Shown here: in pieces, positions 37,201 to 48,425 of the stretch | How the letters are laid out: every line of letters starts with the position of its first letter | How positions within the stretch are numbered: the first letter of the stretch is position 1 | Source: Dicyema japonicum | Taxonomy: Eukaryota > Animalia > Dicyemida | NCBI GenBank assembly: GCA_011109175.1 | Contig: RDEW01000006.1 | Location: 5,612-69,611 of the forward strand | DNA: 64,000 bases | Direction: 5' to 3' | The notes under the pieces: model-generated | Database searches by the model: none | What the model was told of the DNA's origin: nothing | The model's input: the letters and a program-made list of their open reading frames with translations, nothing else | Translations under genes and position numbers: made by a program

Positions 37201-40199
37201 CTCGTGAATTGTATTTTAATTTTACGGCTCAGAAAATCATATTCTAATCATGTTTTTATTTTGAATTTTGCCTAAAAAAGGAAAATTCACTTATTAATCA
37301 ACGTAAAATTTTAGTATACAAATCATTGATTTTTTGGTTATAAATTAAAATTCCCTTTAAAATATATATTTTTGATATAAAACTAATATAAAATAATAAT
37401 TTAATAATCTGCTCATATAATACATTTTTGCATAAAGTCCTAGCCTTCGTCCACCAAATTCCCGGATTCGAAGGAGTCAATCGAGATGATCAAAATATTC
37501 TAATCGAGGAAGGTAATTTTGAGTATTAAAATAGGAAATTTTGAAATATTTTTAGTATATTTATACCAATATTATGATCCACGTTCAAACCTTATCTCAT
37601 TTGACAACATGATCATATTTTATTGAAAACTTTTATAACAAATTACTGCATTTATTTTGGCGAATTCATATATCATTTCCCTTCTTTTTACCGGAAGAAT
37701 TTATATTAATAACTTTACTGTTGTTATTTAGTGTCGGTATGCTTTATTTTATTACAAAAAGAAAGGAATGATGTTAGTGAGGTCGGTCAAATTGCATTCA
37801 ACGATTTTTTGCCGAAAGCTCTTAAGAGATTTGCGATGAGAATTGAAATTATAAGAAATTTTATTGGAGTTATTAAACGTGAGGAGCAAATGAAACACAG
37901 TTTCTTTTATAAAGTAAGCTCATCTTGCCGAATTGTGCCTGAATTGGTTATCAGATATTGTCTGGGTAATGTGATTTAGAAGGACTTTTATTTTGTAAAT
38001 TTTCATAATAATCCTTAAATAAGACATTTTATTACAACAACAGGCAAAATCTGAACGATATAATCCCGAATGACAGATAAAACGACAACGTGGTAGTGGG
38101 GGAGGATATAAAGTAAGGATGAGCTGATTGTTACAAGTCAGTTAACTAAGGTAGTTTGTCAATGAGAAAGTCCATGGAAATTATTACAATACTAGACACT
38201 TGCAGAGGGCCTGTCGGGAGCTTCGATTATTTGACAAACGACGTTAAATTCTTCTGGGACTTTCACAGCCCACATCTGTAAGGCATGTGTTCTCAATTCT
38301 GTTGACCGACTGCTATGCTGTTCTTCTGATTCTTCATTAAGCATTGTTTTGCATGTGTTCTCAATTCAGTTAAACAAAAAAAAATTTTAAATTAAAATCT
38401 GTACATTTATCTACGAGTTATGGTGGCACAAACATACAATATTGAGCTTTAATGGGTACATAGATTAGTCTCCTCACGAAATAACTATTGAAAAGTCCTC
38501 CATATCATTCAATTATACTCCATTTCTGTTTGACCTCATCAACGTCAGTATGACCCAAAAACTCCTAATCAAAGGGAATACAATCCCCACTAACATGAAT
38601 ACACATATATTAAAAATCATCACAAATTTATTTCTTCCAATTTGATCGACGGGAATTGCTTGTATTTAATGGGAGTATTGTGGTAGAGAGTATTTGACAA
38701 TAACAAGCTGACACGTGTATTGGTTAGACAGTCTTGTAGTTTGTCATAATAATTTGTCAGCATTTCTGTGAGGTTGTCAATTATAGATAGACCGCCATTG
38801 ATGGAATGTCAGTGGAGGGAGTATCCTCACATAATACAACATCAGAGAGGTAATGAGACTGCCGTTGGTCAAGCGAGGAAATAATAATTTTGACTTTATA
38901 AACACAGACAGTAGTCCGTCAGCATCGGTAAACTCAACATCACTCTCAGTGAATCTTCTGCCTAAAATTCAATAAATGTCAGGAGTAATCCTTAACAAAA
39001 CAGATTAAAACCGTTTATCTTCCACCAATAATCCATAGAGGGCAAGTCTCCACATCCACAAACCGAAATATTTTCATCGATTTCAAAACTCCCTTGGGCG
39101 GCATTATCTGTCGTAGTATTTTTGGTCAACCTCCCCCAACAATAAAGTAATCATATCCTCACAAATAGAATCCCTCATAAACTGAGATAATTCCTCAATC
39201 ATAGCCGTCAAAAATACAAGTATTGTAAGGAATGTGATCAGGAAAAACCCGAACTACAGCACAACCAATAACCATTCTGGCAAATCCTTTTAACTCCATA
39301 ATTGTCTCGAAGTCATCCAAGTTATGAATAATAGCACGTGCAGTAGAGAGTATTATATCAAACATAGACAAAATGCACATTCTATCCAAACTAAAGATGT
39401 CTTCTTTCACCAACAGAGTCGTCAACTTGGCATTAACGAGAAAATCATTAGGTAGATCAGTTGCGTGTTTAGGAAACAACGTGTCATGTATCTTAACGTA
39501 GATGCCTTCATGAACCTAAGTTATGTAAACAAGTACCGTCAAGAAAACCGAGTCACATTGCAATGAAAGTGGAAGGAAGGTCTTCCAAAAGAGAGTTTAT
39601 TATTTGATCTGCCTGCTCACTCAAGTAACAGCAAAATTATAAAATTCGTTCGAAATGACCTAAAACAACGTTAGTATGTACATTCTCAATCCACATGGAG
39701 ATAGTTATGACTAGGTGTTTTTTATACTAAGAAATCCCAACAAAAAACCGTCCAAATACTATTCTGATTGAGAATGTAGTTGATTGAAGGGTTGTTCTCC
39801 AAAGTGATAAGAGGACACGTGGTAAATTGTACAAAAGTAATTTTTGACGTCATTGTCGTCCTAAAATTGTTAAATTGTATCACTTTCGTGTCAACTCGGC
39901 TGTGGCAAACGGTAGGAATGTGAATATTGGAAACCAACCGGAAAATCCTTGAGCAGATATAATCATATTGTGCACAGTAGGCCATGAGGAAAGTCAAGCC
40001 GATTTCTAACGGTTGAAGTTTGGTTTCTCTCAAAAACTTGAAAATAGTATTCTAATTCAGATAGCAAATGCTTATTAGCCATGTCTTCAAAAAAGGAACT
40101 AAAATTTAAATAGAATTCTAATTTTGGTCCGTGAATCAAAAATATGGTCTTTTCGGAAATTTCATATAATTTCTAAGGTAATATATTTCTTACTTGGTT

Positions 40200-40383
40200 G
40201 ACCTTTAAATTAAATTAAATTTACTCCAAAGACCAAGGATAACCAAACTAACCAACTCATTGATCCTGATCGTTCCTGCGTTACAGAACTTGTCTCCAGG
40301 TAACGACATTGTCCCCTGGGAAGGAATAGAGGATCCTCTTGATGCCGGTCAGGAATTGGGCGTCTCCTGAGTAGGTGGATCCA
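40200..40383 (-). mobile_element. ~185-bp non-autonomous element: HDV-like head (40330-40383, P1 5' strand lost) + short leader + Ingi/Vingi-like 3' tail
   Basis: Reverse complement begins TGGATCC-ACC-TACTCA-GGA-GACGCC...GGCAT-CAAGA-GGATCC. It ends GGATCAATGAGTTGGTTAGTTTGGTTATCCTTGGTCTTTGGAGTAAATTTAATTTAATTT, similar to the LINE tail at 63680-63745. Confidence 0.7.
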
Positions 40384-40720
40384 ATTTAATTTTTTTTTAT
40401 TTTACAAAAGCACAATATCTTTATAAGTTGTTTCTTAAATAATAATTGATTTTCAACTTTGAATTCAGGGATTTCCATGTCTATCATTCTCTTATCTAAC
40501 AGCTACATGAGGAAAGTGAAAAATGATGTTTTATTTTAAATTATTTTTTTAATTTAAGGTTATTTTAATTATTTTATTTAAAAATATTTTTATTTGAATG
40601 GTGATGCAAATAATTCGTGAATATAAATTATACAAGCCGCTTGGTGCCATGTGGTGTTTTGTGGCTAATTGATTAAAGTTTCTGTTATGTTCGTTTGTTC
40701 CTAATTCACTTAATTAGCGT

Positions 40721-40990
40721 GGGTCATGTGGTTCACTTTGTCTGGTGGCGTCAGATACAAGTCAAAGTGTATCCAAAAAGAACCATTTGTCAACGACTAT
40801 CCAGAGGAGTTCCCCCTGGACGACTCTTCCTACACATTTGGGTACTTTTTCGGTGGAGACTCGTCATGTCAAGAGAATGCGCAGGAACGAAGTCGGAACA
40901 TTGAGAAAAGATGGGGAGACTGTTGACGAAGGCTGGGATCACCTGAAATTCGGATATGACGACGGTTTTGGTTCAATAAATTAAATTAAT
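40721..40990 (+). mobile_element. ~270-bp non-autonomous element: HDV-like head (40721-40786) + leader + Ingi/Vingi-like 3' end
   Basis: P2 GTGGTTC/GAACCAT, P4 GATACA/TGTATC, J4/2 CAAAAA. Ends GCTGGGATCACCTGA...GGTTCAATAAATTAAATTAATTAAAA. Confidence 0.7.
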
Positions 40991-41766
40991 TAAAAAATGA
41001 TTCTAAACAACAAATGTTCTCTATAATCATCGGACTTAGGCATGGGATTAAGGTCCCCGAGGATGAATCACATCTGCTTCTAGCAAACTTGTGAAGCTAT
41101 GTGTGATTATTGTAAGGACACTACATTGGATGTTGATAGAGAAGAGGTGACTGATTTGTGTGAAGTGAAAGGGAATAAAGATTGGTGAGCAGTTAACTTC
41201 TCTAAGATGACAAGAATGTTTTCCAATGTTAGGATGGATAAAATGTCACAGTCTGAAACTCGTTTTTTAAACTACGTATTAGCTGGATATGTGTATTATT
41301 ATTTATTAATGTATATTTTTAAATTTAGACAATTTAGTTGTATTTTGTAAGTGACGATTTATCAGACTGCGACATATTATTTTAATTATTAAAAAAATTA
41401 ATTAATATCATCATGTGACCGGCACATAGATGGACAGGTTGCATAAATTGCAAAATAAATTATTATAAACAAATATTATCCCATTGTAAAATATATTTTT
41501 ATATAAAATTTATTATAATCTTATATTTTTAATTATTTTTTAATTACACGTGTCTGGCGTGTTTGTTGGAATTGAAATTCATTAAACATGAAACAATTAA
41601 AAGAACTATCGAAAAATTTTTTTTGAAGACGGTAAAGCATTTTTACTGAAAGATGACCTAAAATAACGGTTCTTTGCAGTTGAAGATAAGGAACTGAAAT
41701 TAACGATAATTGAGGTATTGTATTTGCTTTATGAAGTCTGAACATAATAAAAACCATTTTGCCCGA

Positions 41767-44700
41767 TGAAGAGCTGTTCAAGATTCTCGACTCCGCCGGA
41801 CTCGTCCGTTCCTTTGTCGGTCTGTGATCACTTAGTTAGATGAAAACTTTTATTTCTTTCTCTTTTACCCTGTGATCCTGGAAGCAAAATGATAATAATA
41901 ACCTGTGAAAATTAAATCTTTCTTCCCAAACGAGGTGTAGAAATATTTTGTGGGTTTTGAAAGAAATTGCGTAAACTAGACATATTTTGATTTAAGCTTA
42001 AATTTTCAATGAAATAACAAACTCACCAAATCTCTTGGTTGAGAAATTTTGTCCGATTAATAGTAACCCAAATTCGATCTCTAATATTTTGCGACTTAAA
42101 TTTGGGGGTAAAATATAATTTCCAATCCAAAAATCCTCTTTTTCTCGAGCTAGTGAACATCGAATTCAGCTTCTTCACCACATGCAGGAGAGTATTCTAG
42201 CCTCTAACATCGGGTTGTTAGCAATTTCCTGACATCTTGAATTACTGGTTTGACAAAATGAACATTTAGAATACTTAAAACAGTAGATCTGGCAAACAAA
42301 ACTAATTTTGATCGTTCTTGCAGTACATAAAACCAACTTTCAGTTAATGAGGCAAAAATTCGACATCACCTTATAGTCTGGAATCACTTAGAACAATCTC
42401 TTCATTTGGTCGGCAATTACAATACTTAACTCACAAGGATGATCCTGTGACTAATCTTCTATTCTTCAATATTTGAGGCGCAAGGTTTTCGTATTTTTTT
42501 CGAAATATTCCGTAGTGTGATATCTGCTGGTGTTCTTGAATTTTTTCATGAAATGTTACCAAACAGATTCCTACACGCCTCTGTGATCATCCCTATGACT
42601 AGGGCCAGTTTTGTCAATAAAATCAAAAATTAAATGTTCTTTAAAATTGTTTAAAACTTATAAAAAATTTATTAATTTTATTGATTTTTATTTTTTAAAT
42701 AAAATAATAGCGTTGATCAATTATCATTATATCTACTGTGGTATGATATCCACTGTTGAGGTATAACTTGCATTTATTATACGGCTGAAAAAGTTTTTGT
42801 TTTGTTCGACGAAACCATTATCGGGAGCAGAAATACACAGTGTTCGAGTGCGTGTTGGAAAATGTATGTCGCGAGAATTCGTGACGACAGTGGGCACACA
42901 TCGAGAAGACACCCTCCCTCCAGTATTGTTCGCTGTATACCTTGAATCTATTCTACGAGATCTGAAATATTACAGGGACTATATTATGGAAATTCTTTAT
43001 GCCGATGATGTTGAATTTATCTCGAGTAACAAAGATGCATTCAACTGGAGGTAGCACCCTCGCGCCTGGCTATATGGTGTGTATTTATGAGCGCTTCGAA
43101 GACAGATGTCGTCAAGTACAGGGGATGGAACCAGCAGTACCAAAAAACAGGAGGAAGACCATAAAACTGTTTTGCTTCTTGGGGACTCTAAAGTCAATGC
43201 CAGAAGGAATTTGTTATCTACGGTGACCATGCAAAAGCTTTTCGAAAGGATAGATTTAAAGGCGTCCGACTCAGATTGTATGAGGCTACCGTGAAACTAA
43301 CTCTGGAACATGGGGAATCTCGAAAACCGTGGATAAAAATTCGACTACTTACATATGAGTCAACTTCGGTGTCTTGGGATTGAAATTGCTAGTAAGGGGT
43401 GATGTATGGTACAAAAGATGCTCCTCCTAGCTCTGCTTATTTTTTAATAATTTGTATTAATGCCATGACAAATTTTATGAAAGTGTACAACTGAGATAAA
43501 TAACTTTTTTTATATGCAAACTATATTTCTAAACTAAGATAAAAAACTATTTTTTAATATGCAAACTATATTTCTAAACAGTATTTTTTTGTTCAGTCCC
43601 TTACCAATTGGTATATGGCCCACCGGTTTGGGACTACTTGTTTACACTAATACAACAATAACTTGTATAAGCAATCTTTTTATTATCTCCAAAAGTGCAA
43701 TTTAAAATTGGAAACTATGTATTCTTTATAAAACAATAAAAATTAAAGCATTAAAATTACTAGTTAAAGCAATATGAAAACCAGTTTTCTAGGTATCAGA
43801 ACAAAGGGTAATCCCAACCAACACGGGGTACCAGAAGCCATTGCTGTGATCGCAGCCACAACCATTAAATGTTATTAAATCAGATTTAGAAATACAGCAT
43901 ACCTTATGAAAGATTTAATTGCAAGAGACTCTTTTATAATATACAGTGTGACTTAGTGGTTAGGTGTCGGGCTTAAGTGGCTTAGGCTACTGGTTCGAAT
44001 CTCGCTGCTGTTCACCTGGTGGAAGGTTCCACGCATCTCGATGCAGAAAGGGTTTGACGAGTGACGCCGTCATCAGTGAATACTCACTGCGGAACTGGAT
44101 AGTCTAGAAAGGACACTCACACAAGAAAAAGAAAAAAAAGAAAAAAGTAGAACTTCAAAAAAGTGAAGTTCTACGATTAGTTAAAATTAACTGTTCTTTA
44201 CTTTTATGGTTATCTTAAATTCTTAAAACTCAGGTTTCGCAATATATGAAGCGATAGCTAAAAACTGACACACATAATGAAATCTCGAAATAATTACTTT
44301 TCCCATTAGCCACACCTTATCGGCATGTTAGTTTCTGTCCTTACGTAATTTAAATCAAGAACCATTATTCACATAATCTCCGTCAAAATGTTCGTTTCGG
44401 GATTGCAGCGAGTAACGGAGAATTTTAATTACGTATTCACATTACTTCGAGGATTTTCCACTAACCTGATAATCCTACAAACCTGGAACATCGCATCTTA
44501 GAAGAGAAAAAATTCAATGCAGTAGTTAACTCGTTGCAGTTTTTGTGAGCCTCAATTAGTAGCTTTTTTAGATTGTTGACGTTTGTGATCGGCATATAGT
44601 AAGGTTCTCTATCCTCATAGGATCTGGGAGTAATAATACCTGAGCAAATTGGCAATAAGTAAAAAGATGTTTAAATAATGCTTTTCTTTTACATAAAAAT

Positions 44701-45262
44701 GCATTGTGTACGAATTTGATACTGTCTTTCGCAGTTGTTGTCCACCACTTTTTATCCATAAATTCTGTAAACATCTTGCTACTACAAATCAGTTAAATCC
44801 TCGGAGGTTTTAACGTATTCGAATTCTACGGTTTATGCGTATGAATCAGAGACTATTATACTATTTTATATTAATATTGGCCAAGTGTTGGGTCGGAATC
44901 GAGCTCAAATATTGGAATCAACTTACTTATGACTCATGTTTGTTGGTCTTATTGTCAATGAAGTAGTCGAACAATTGGAAAGTCAACTCTGTAGTCAGGA
45001 AGCTATTCCTATATATCTTAGTCTTACTTCATCCTGGGACAGACAACTTCCAAACAGCCAGGCGAAAGAAAACACAAACTATATCTCGTAGAGTTTATTT
45101 GAACAGTCCAGGGAGTGATTTGGGATCAGCATAATTTCCAGTAGACTGCAGAACATCTAAAAGATCAATTTGAGGTTGAACCTAGACGTGTACAATATCT
45201 GAGATTGGGGTAACCTTCTTGAATCGGGTCCCCGGTATTTCCAAAAAACTCAGGACATATTT
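41767..45262 (+). repeat. ~3.5-kb segmental duplication, copy 2
   Basis: Matches 827-4482; similarity stops exactly where the RTE 3' tail begins (45263). Confidence 0.95.
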
Positions 45263-48200
45263 AAGTTAGTTAGTTAAGAGCTCTTTCGCGTGGCCATAAA
45301 AGGGGTTCGCTTGAGCCATGTTTTGCAGCCATCCTCCTCGCCATCCTCGCCCACGCCATCTTGTTCCAGGCCCTCATTCGAACATCATCCAGATCGTCCG
45401 CTGTCACCAATTTACGACTATTTTGTTCGTAGTCATCTTTTAAGCAGGTTGGAAGTGTGTTTCTTGGTCTGCCTCGAAATCCGCGACTTCCGGCGTAGTA
45501 ATTCTTCCATTATTCTGTTACATGGCGTAGTCGGGTCCAGTCTGAGGATATGTCCAAATAGTCGCCATCTCGATAAAATAACATCGGTGCTGAGTGGTCA
45601 TGATTTACATCGTGAATATAGATTTTCATTTGAGATTTTTCTCGGCCAAAAAATTCCAATCAACATGCGGAGTTGGTTCCTGTGAAAAGTATCTAGCTTC
45701 TCTAAATCAATTTTAGAACATGCCCATGTTCCGGAATTGTATAGCAAAATTGGTTTAACAAACGTGTCGTATAGTCTGACACGAAGTTTCAGTGATACAT
45801 GTTTTTTCCTTATCCAAATTTGGTACATTTTTTTGAAGTATATGGTAGCCAGCATTTTCCTTCGACAAATATCCTCAGCATCACCTAGCAGTGAGCCAGT
45901 TTTTTGGTATGTCTCCAGCACTCATCGTTCCTTGATTCTGCTCGTTCGACTCGTGTATAATCAGTTTTTTTAATGTTTATGCGTAAATCCCAATTCTTAA
46001 AAATACGTTCGGCTTGAAGTAAAATTTGGTCAAGTATTTCTTGGTCGGTAGACACAAAGTCTACATCATCCGCATAAATTAACTCTGTTATGTCGGTATT
46101 TAGGACCCATGACATTTCTCAATTCCTTGAGCGCAGCTTCGAGGTAAACAATAAATATAATTGGGGACAAGGAATCTCCTTGTGGAGTGCCCATGTTGGT
46201 ACTGAAACTCTTCGAATGCTTTGTTCCTATTCTCACGGATAGGTCAGTTTCGGAAAGTAATAAACTTATTAGTCTCAGGCAGTCCTCGTCAAGCAGTTCC
46301 TTTAGAACAATCATGAGTTTTTCTCTATTGATGCTGTCAAAAGCCTTCGTTAGATCAATTCCTAGGATGTAGATTACTTTCGTGTATTTTTGACATATTG
46401 ATGTGAGCCATCGATGACTCCACACAATATCTGAGTTGATCCTCCACTTCTACACCCACTTTGACTTAGGGAAAGGTATTTTTCCACTGGCTCTCGTATA
46501 CGGTTAAGCACTATGATCGATAAGGTTTTCCTGATAACTGACAATAGAATAATAGGTCTTAGTCCGTCCAACGACCCTTCTTTTTTCCCAGGTTTATGTA
46601 TTGGAATTAAGACTCCATGTCCCAAAGGAAGTGGACAGTGAAGTTCCATCGACTCATTTAAGATGTTCGTGATTATATTCCCAACAGTAACCGGGGCATG
46701 TTTTAGTAACTCACCCGGAATGCCATCATAACCAGCCGACCGATTTCCCTTTAGATGCATAAATGCATCGGTTACTTCCTTTATTGTAATTTTGTTTGTA
46801 AGGGGTCTCGGATATCCAATAAATTTAGGTACATTCATCCCTTCAGATTTAAACAACGACTCGAAGTGTCTAGCAATATAATTTGCTTTATCCTCAGGGT
46901 TTTGAAGATATTGACCTTCGTCGTCACAGACTTTCAGTGGTTTCTTTGCAGTTCCTCGTGTAAGTAGTCTAACAGCAGAGAACATTCGTCTTCGATACTG
47001 ACAGTTTTCGATTTCAGTTGCTTTATCGTCCAAATATTTGTGCCAAAAGATATTTGATCGTCTTCTTATCAGATGCGATATTTGATTGCGTTTTCTCCTT
47101 AATGCACATTTATTCGAATTTGAACTTCCCAGTTTCGAACGTATTTCTTTCTGCTGCTCAGACAATTCTCGAATTAAGGGGTCATGAATCATTCGTCTAT
47201 TTTGGTCTTTTTCCTGGTATCCAACAGTCTCTATTGCCGACAGTTTTAGAATATCCAAGATCTTCCCGAGTCAGTCGAGGGGGTGCCACTGGGTTCAACT
47301 CCACGTAAACGTTTAGAGACATTTTGTTAGTATCTCTTTTGCCAAGTGTCAAAAGTCAACATTTCCACAGCCAAACGTCTATTTAGAGGTGTGCTTTTCC
47401 TCTTGACTGCCTCAATTCCGTAGTATCGTTTGAGATTTAATCTGGCCACCGTTAGCTTATGGTCACTGTCAGTAGTGGTTCCTCCATAACTCCTAGAGTC
47501 AGACAGAAGTCTCTTCAAGGAGATAGGGCAGATAATGTAGTCTATTTGGTTGAATATGCACGTATGTTCGTCTTTGGACCTTCTTATGCCAACCCAGGTA
47601 GTTCTATGTTTTGCTGGGTGTTTAAAAGTGGTATTGCATAGATACAGATTTGATGAATTACAAAAATCCATGAGTGAGTGTCCAGAGAGATTACGATACC
47701 CTCTGCCATATTTTCCCATACAGACTTCGTCGTGCCTTCTCATGCCAGCCTTGGCATTCCAGTCACCACAGATAAATATAAGTGCAGATCGATGAACTCG
47801 CATATATATATTAGATAGGATTTGATAAAACTCTTCCAACTCATCCATATTTTTGGAAACTCTGTCCATGTGTGGGGCATATACATTGATAACAGTCATC
47901 ATAGTATTGCTTGTAGATGATAAACACAATTGCATAACGGCAACACGATCACTGACTGTCCATACTTTATGCAAGCAGTTCACTAGATTCGAGTTAATTG
48001 CAAAACCAAGACCGTAATGTCGATTTTCTGATGGGAGTAGAAGAATCCGGTAGTTACCAATGGTTTCATCGGATCCTAGGGCGTTCTTTGTTTCCTGTAT
48101 GCAGCAAATGTCGATTTTGTAACGGGACAGATCTTCGGATAATAGTTCCTTCTTGATCAGAGATGAGAGGCCACGAACATTGTATGTGGCGATGGAAAAC

Positions 48201-48290
48201 AAGGATTTTGCATTTAGACATGATAAAGACATGAATTTTTCTAGAGAAGAAAACAGAAGCACGTCACCACTTCAACCAAAAATGAAAACT
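45263..48290 (-). mobile_element. Near-full-length RTE-clade LINE (APE-RT), frameshifted, (TAAC)3 tail
   Basis: APE: IATYNVRGL..CCIQET..VINVYAP..ICGDWNAKAG..NQIDYI..DSDH. RT: GLRPIILL..GIDLTKAFDSI..GTPQGDSLSPIIF..YADD. C-terminus RWRLFGHILRL. The ORF ends inside the TAAC tail (45265-45276). Confidence 0.95.
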
Positions 48291-48425
48291 TGTTAAATGT
48301 GGATCAGAATTGTTAAATGTATAAGTAAGAAAAATTTATTAAATTTAAAATAAAAATAAATTATTTAAATTTAAAATAAATTTGTTAAAGCGTTTATGGA
48401 TTCAAACAAAATGTTAATGTAACGT

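Noticed and set aside
44055-44095. CTGATGA...AAAC on the SINE minus strand resembling a hammerhead ribozyme
   Set aside because: The required GAAA after stem II reads TCAAA, and I could not build stems I/III with an NUH site.
48255-48310. TGATCCAC...GGTGACGT on the minus strand at the RTE 5' end, resembling the HDV-like motif
   Set aside because: No P1 5' strand, P4 or P2' partner, and the spacing is wrong; likely chance.
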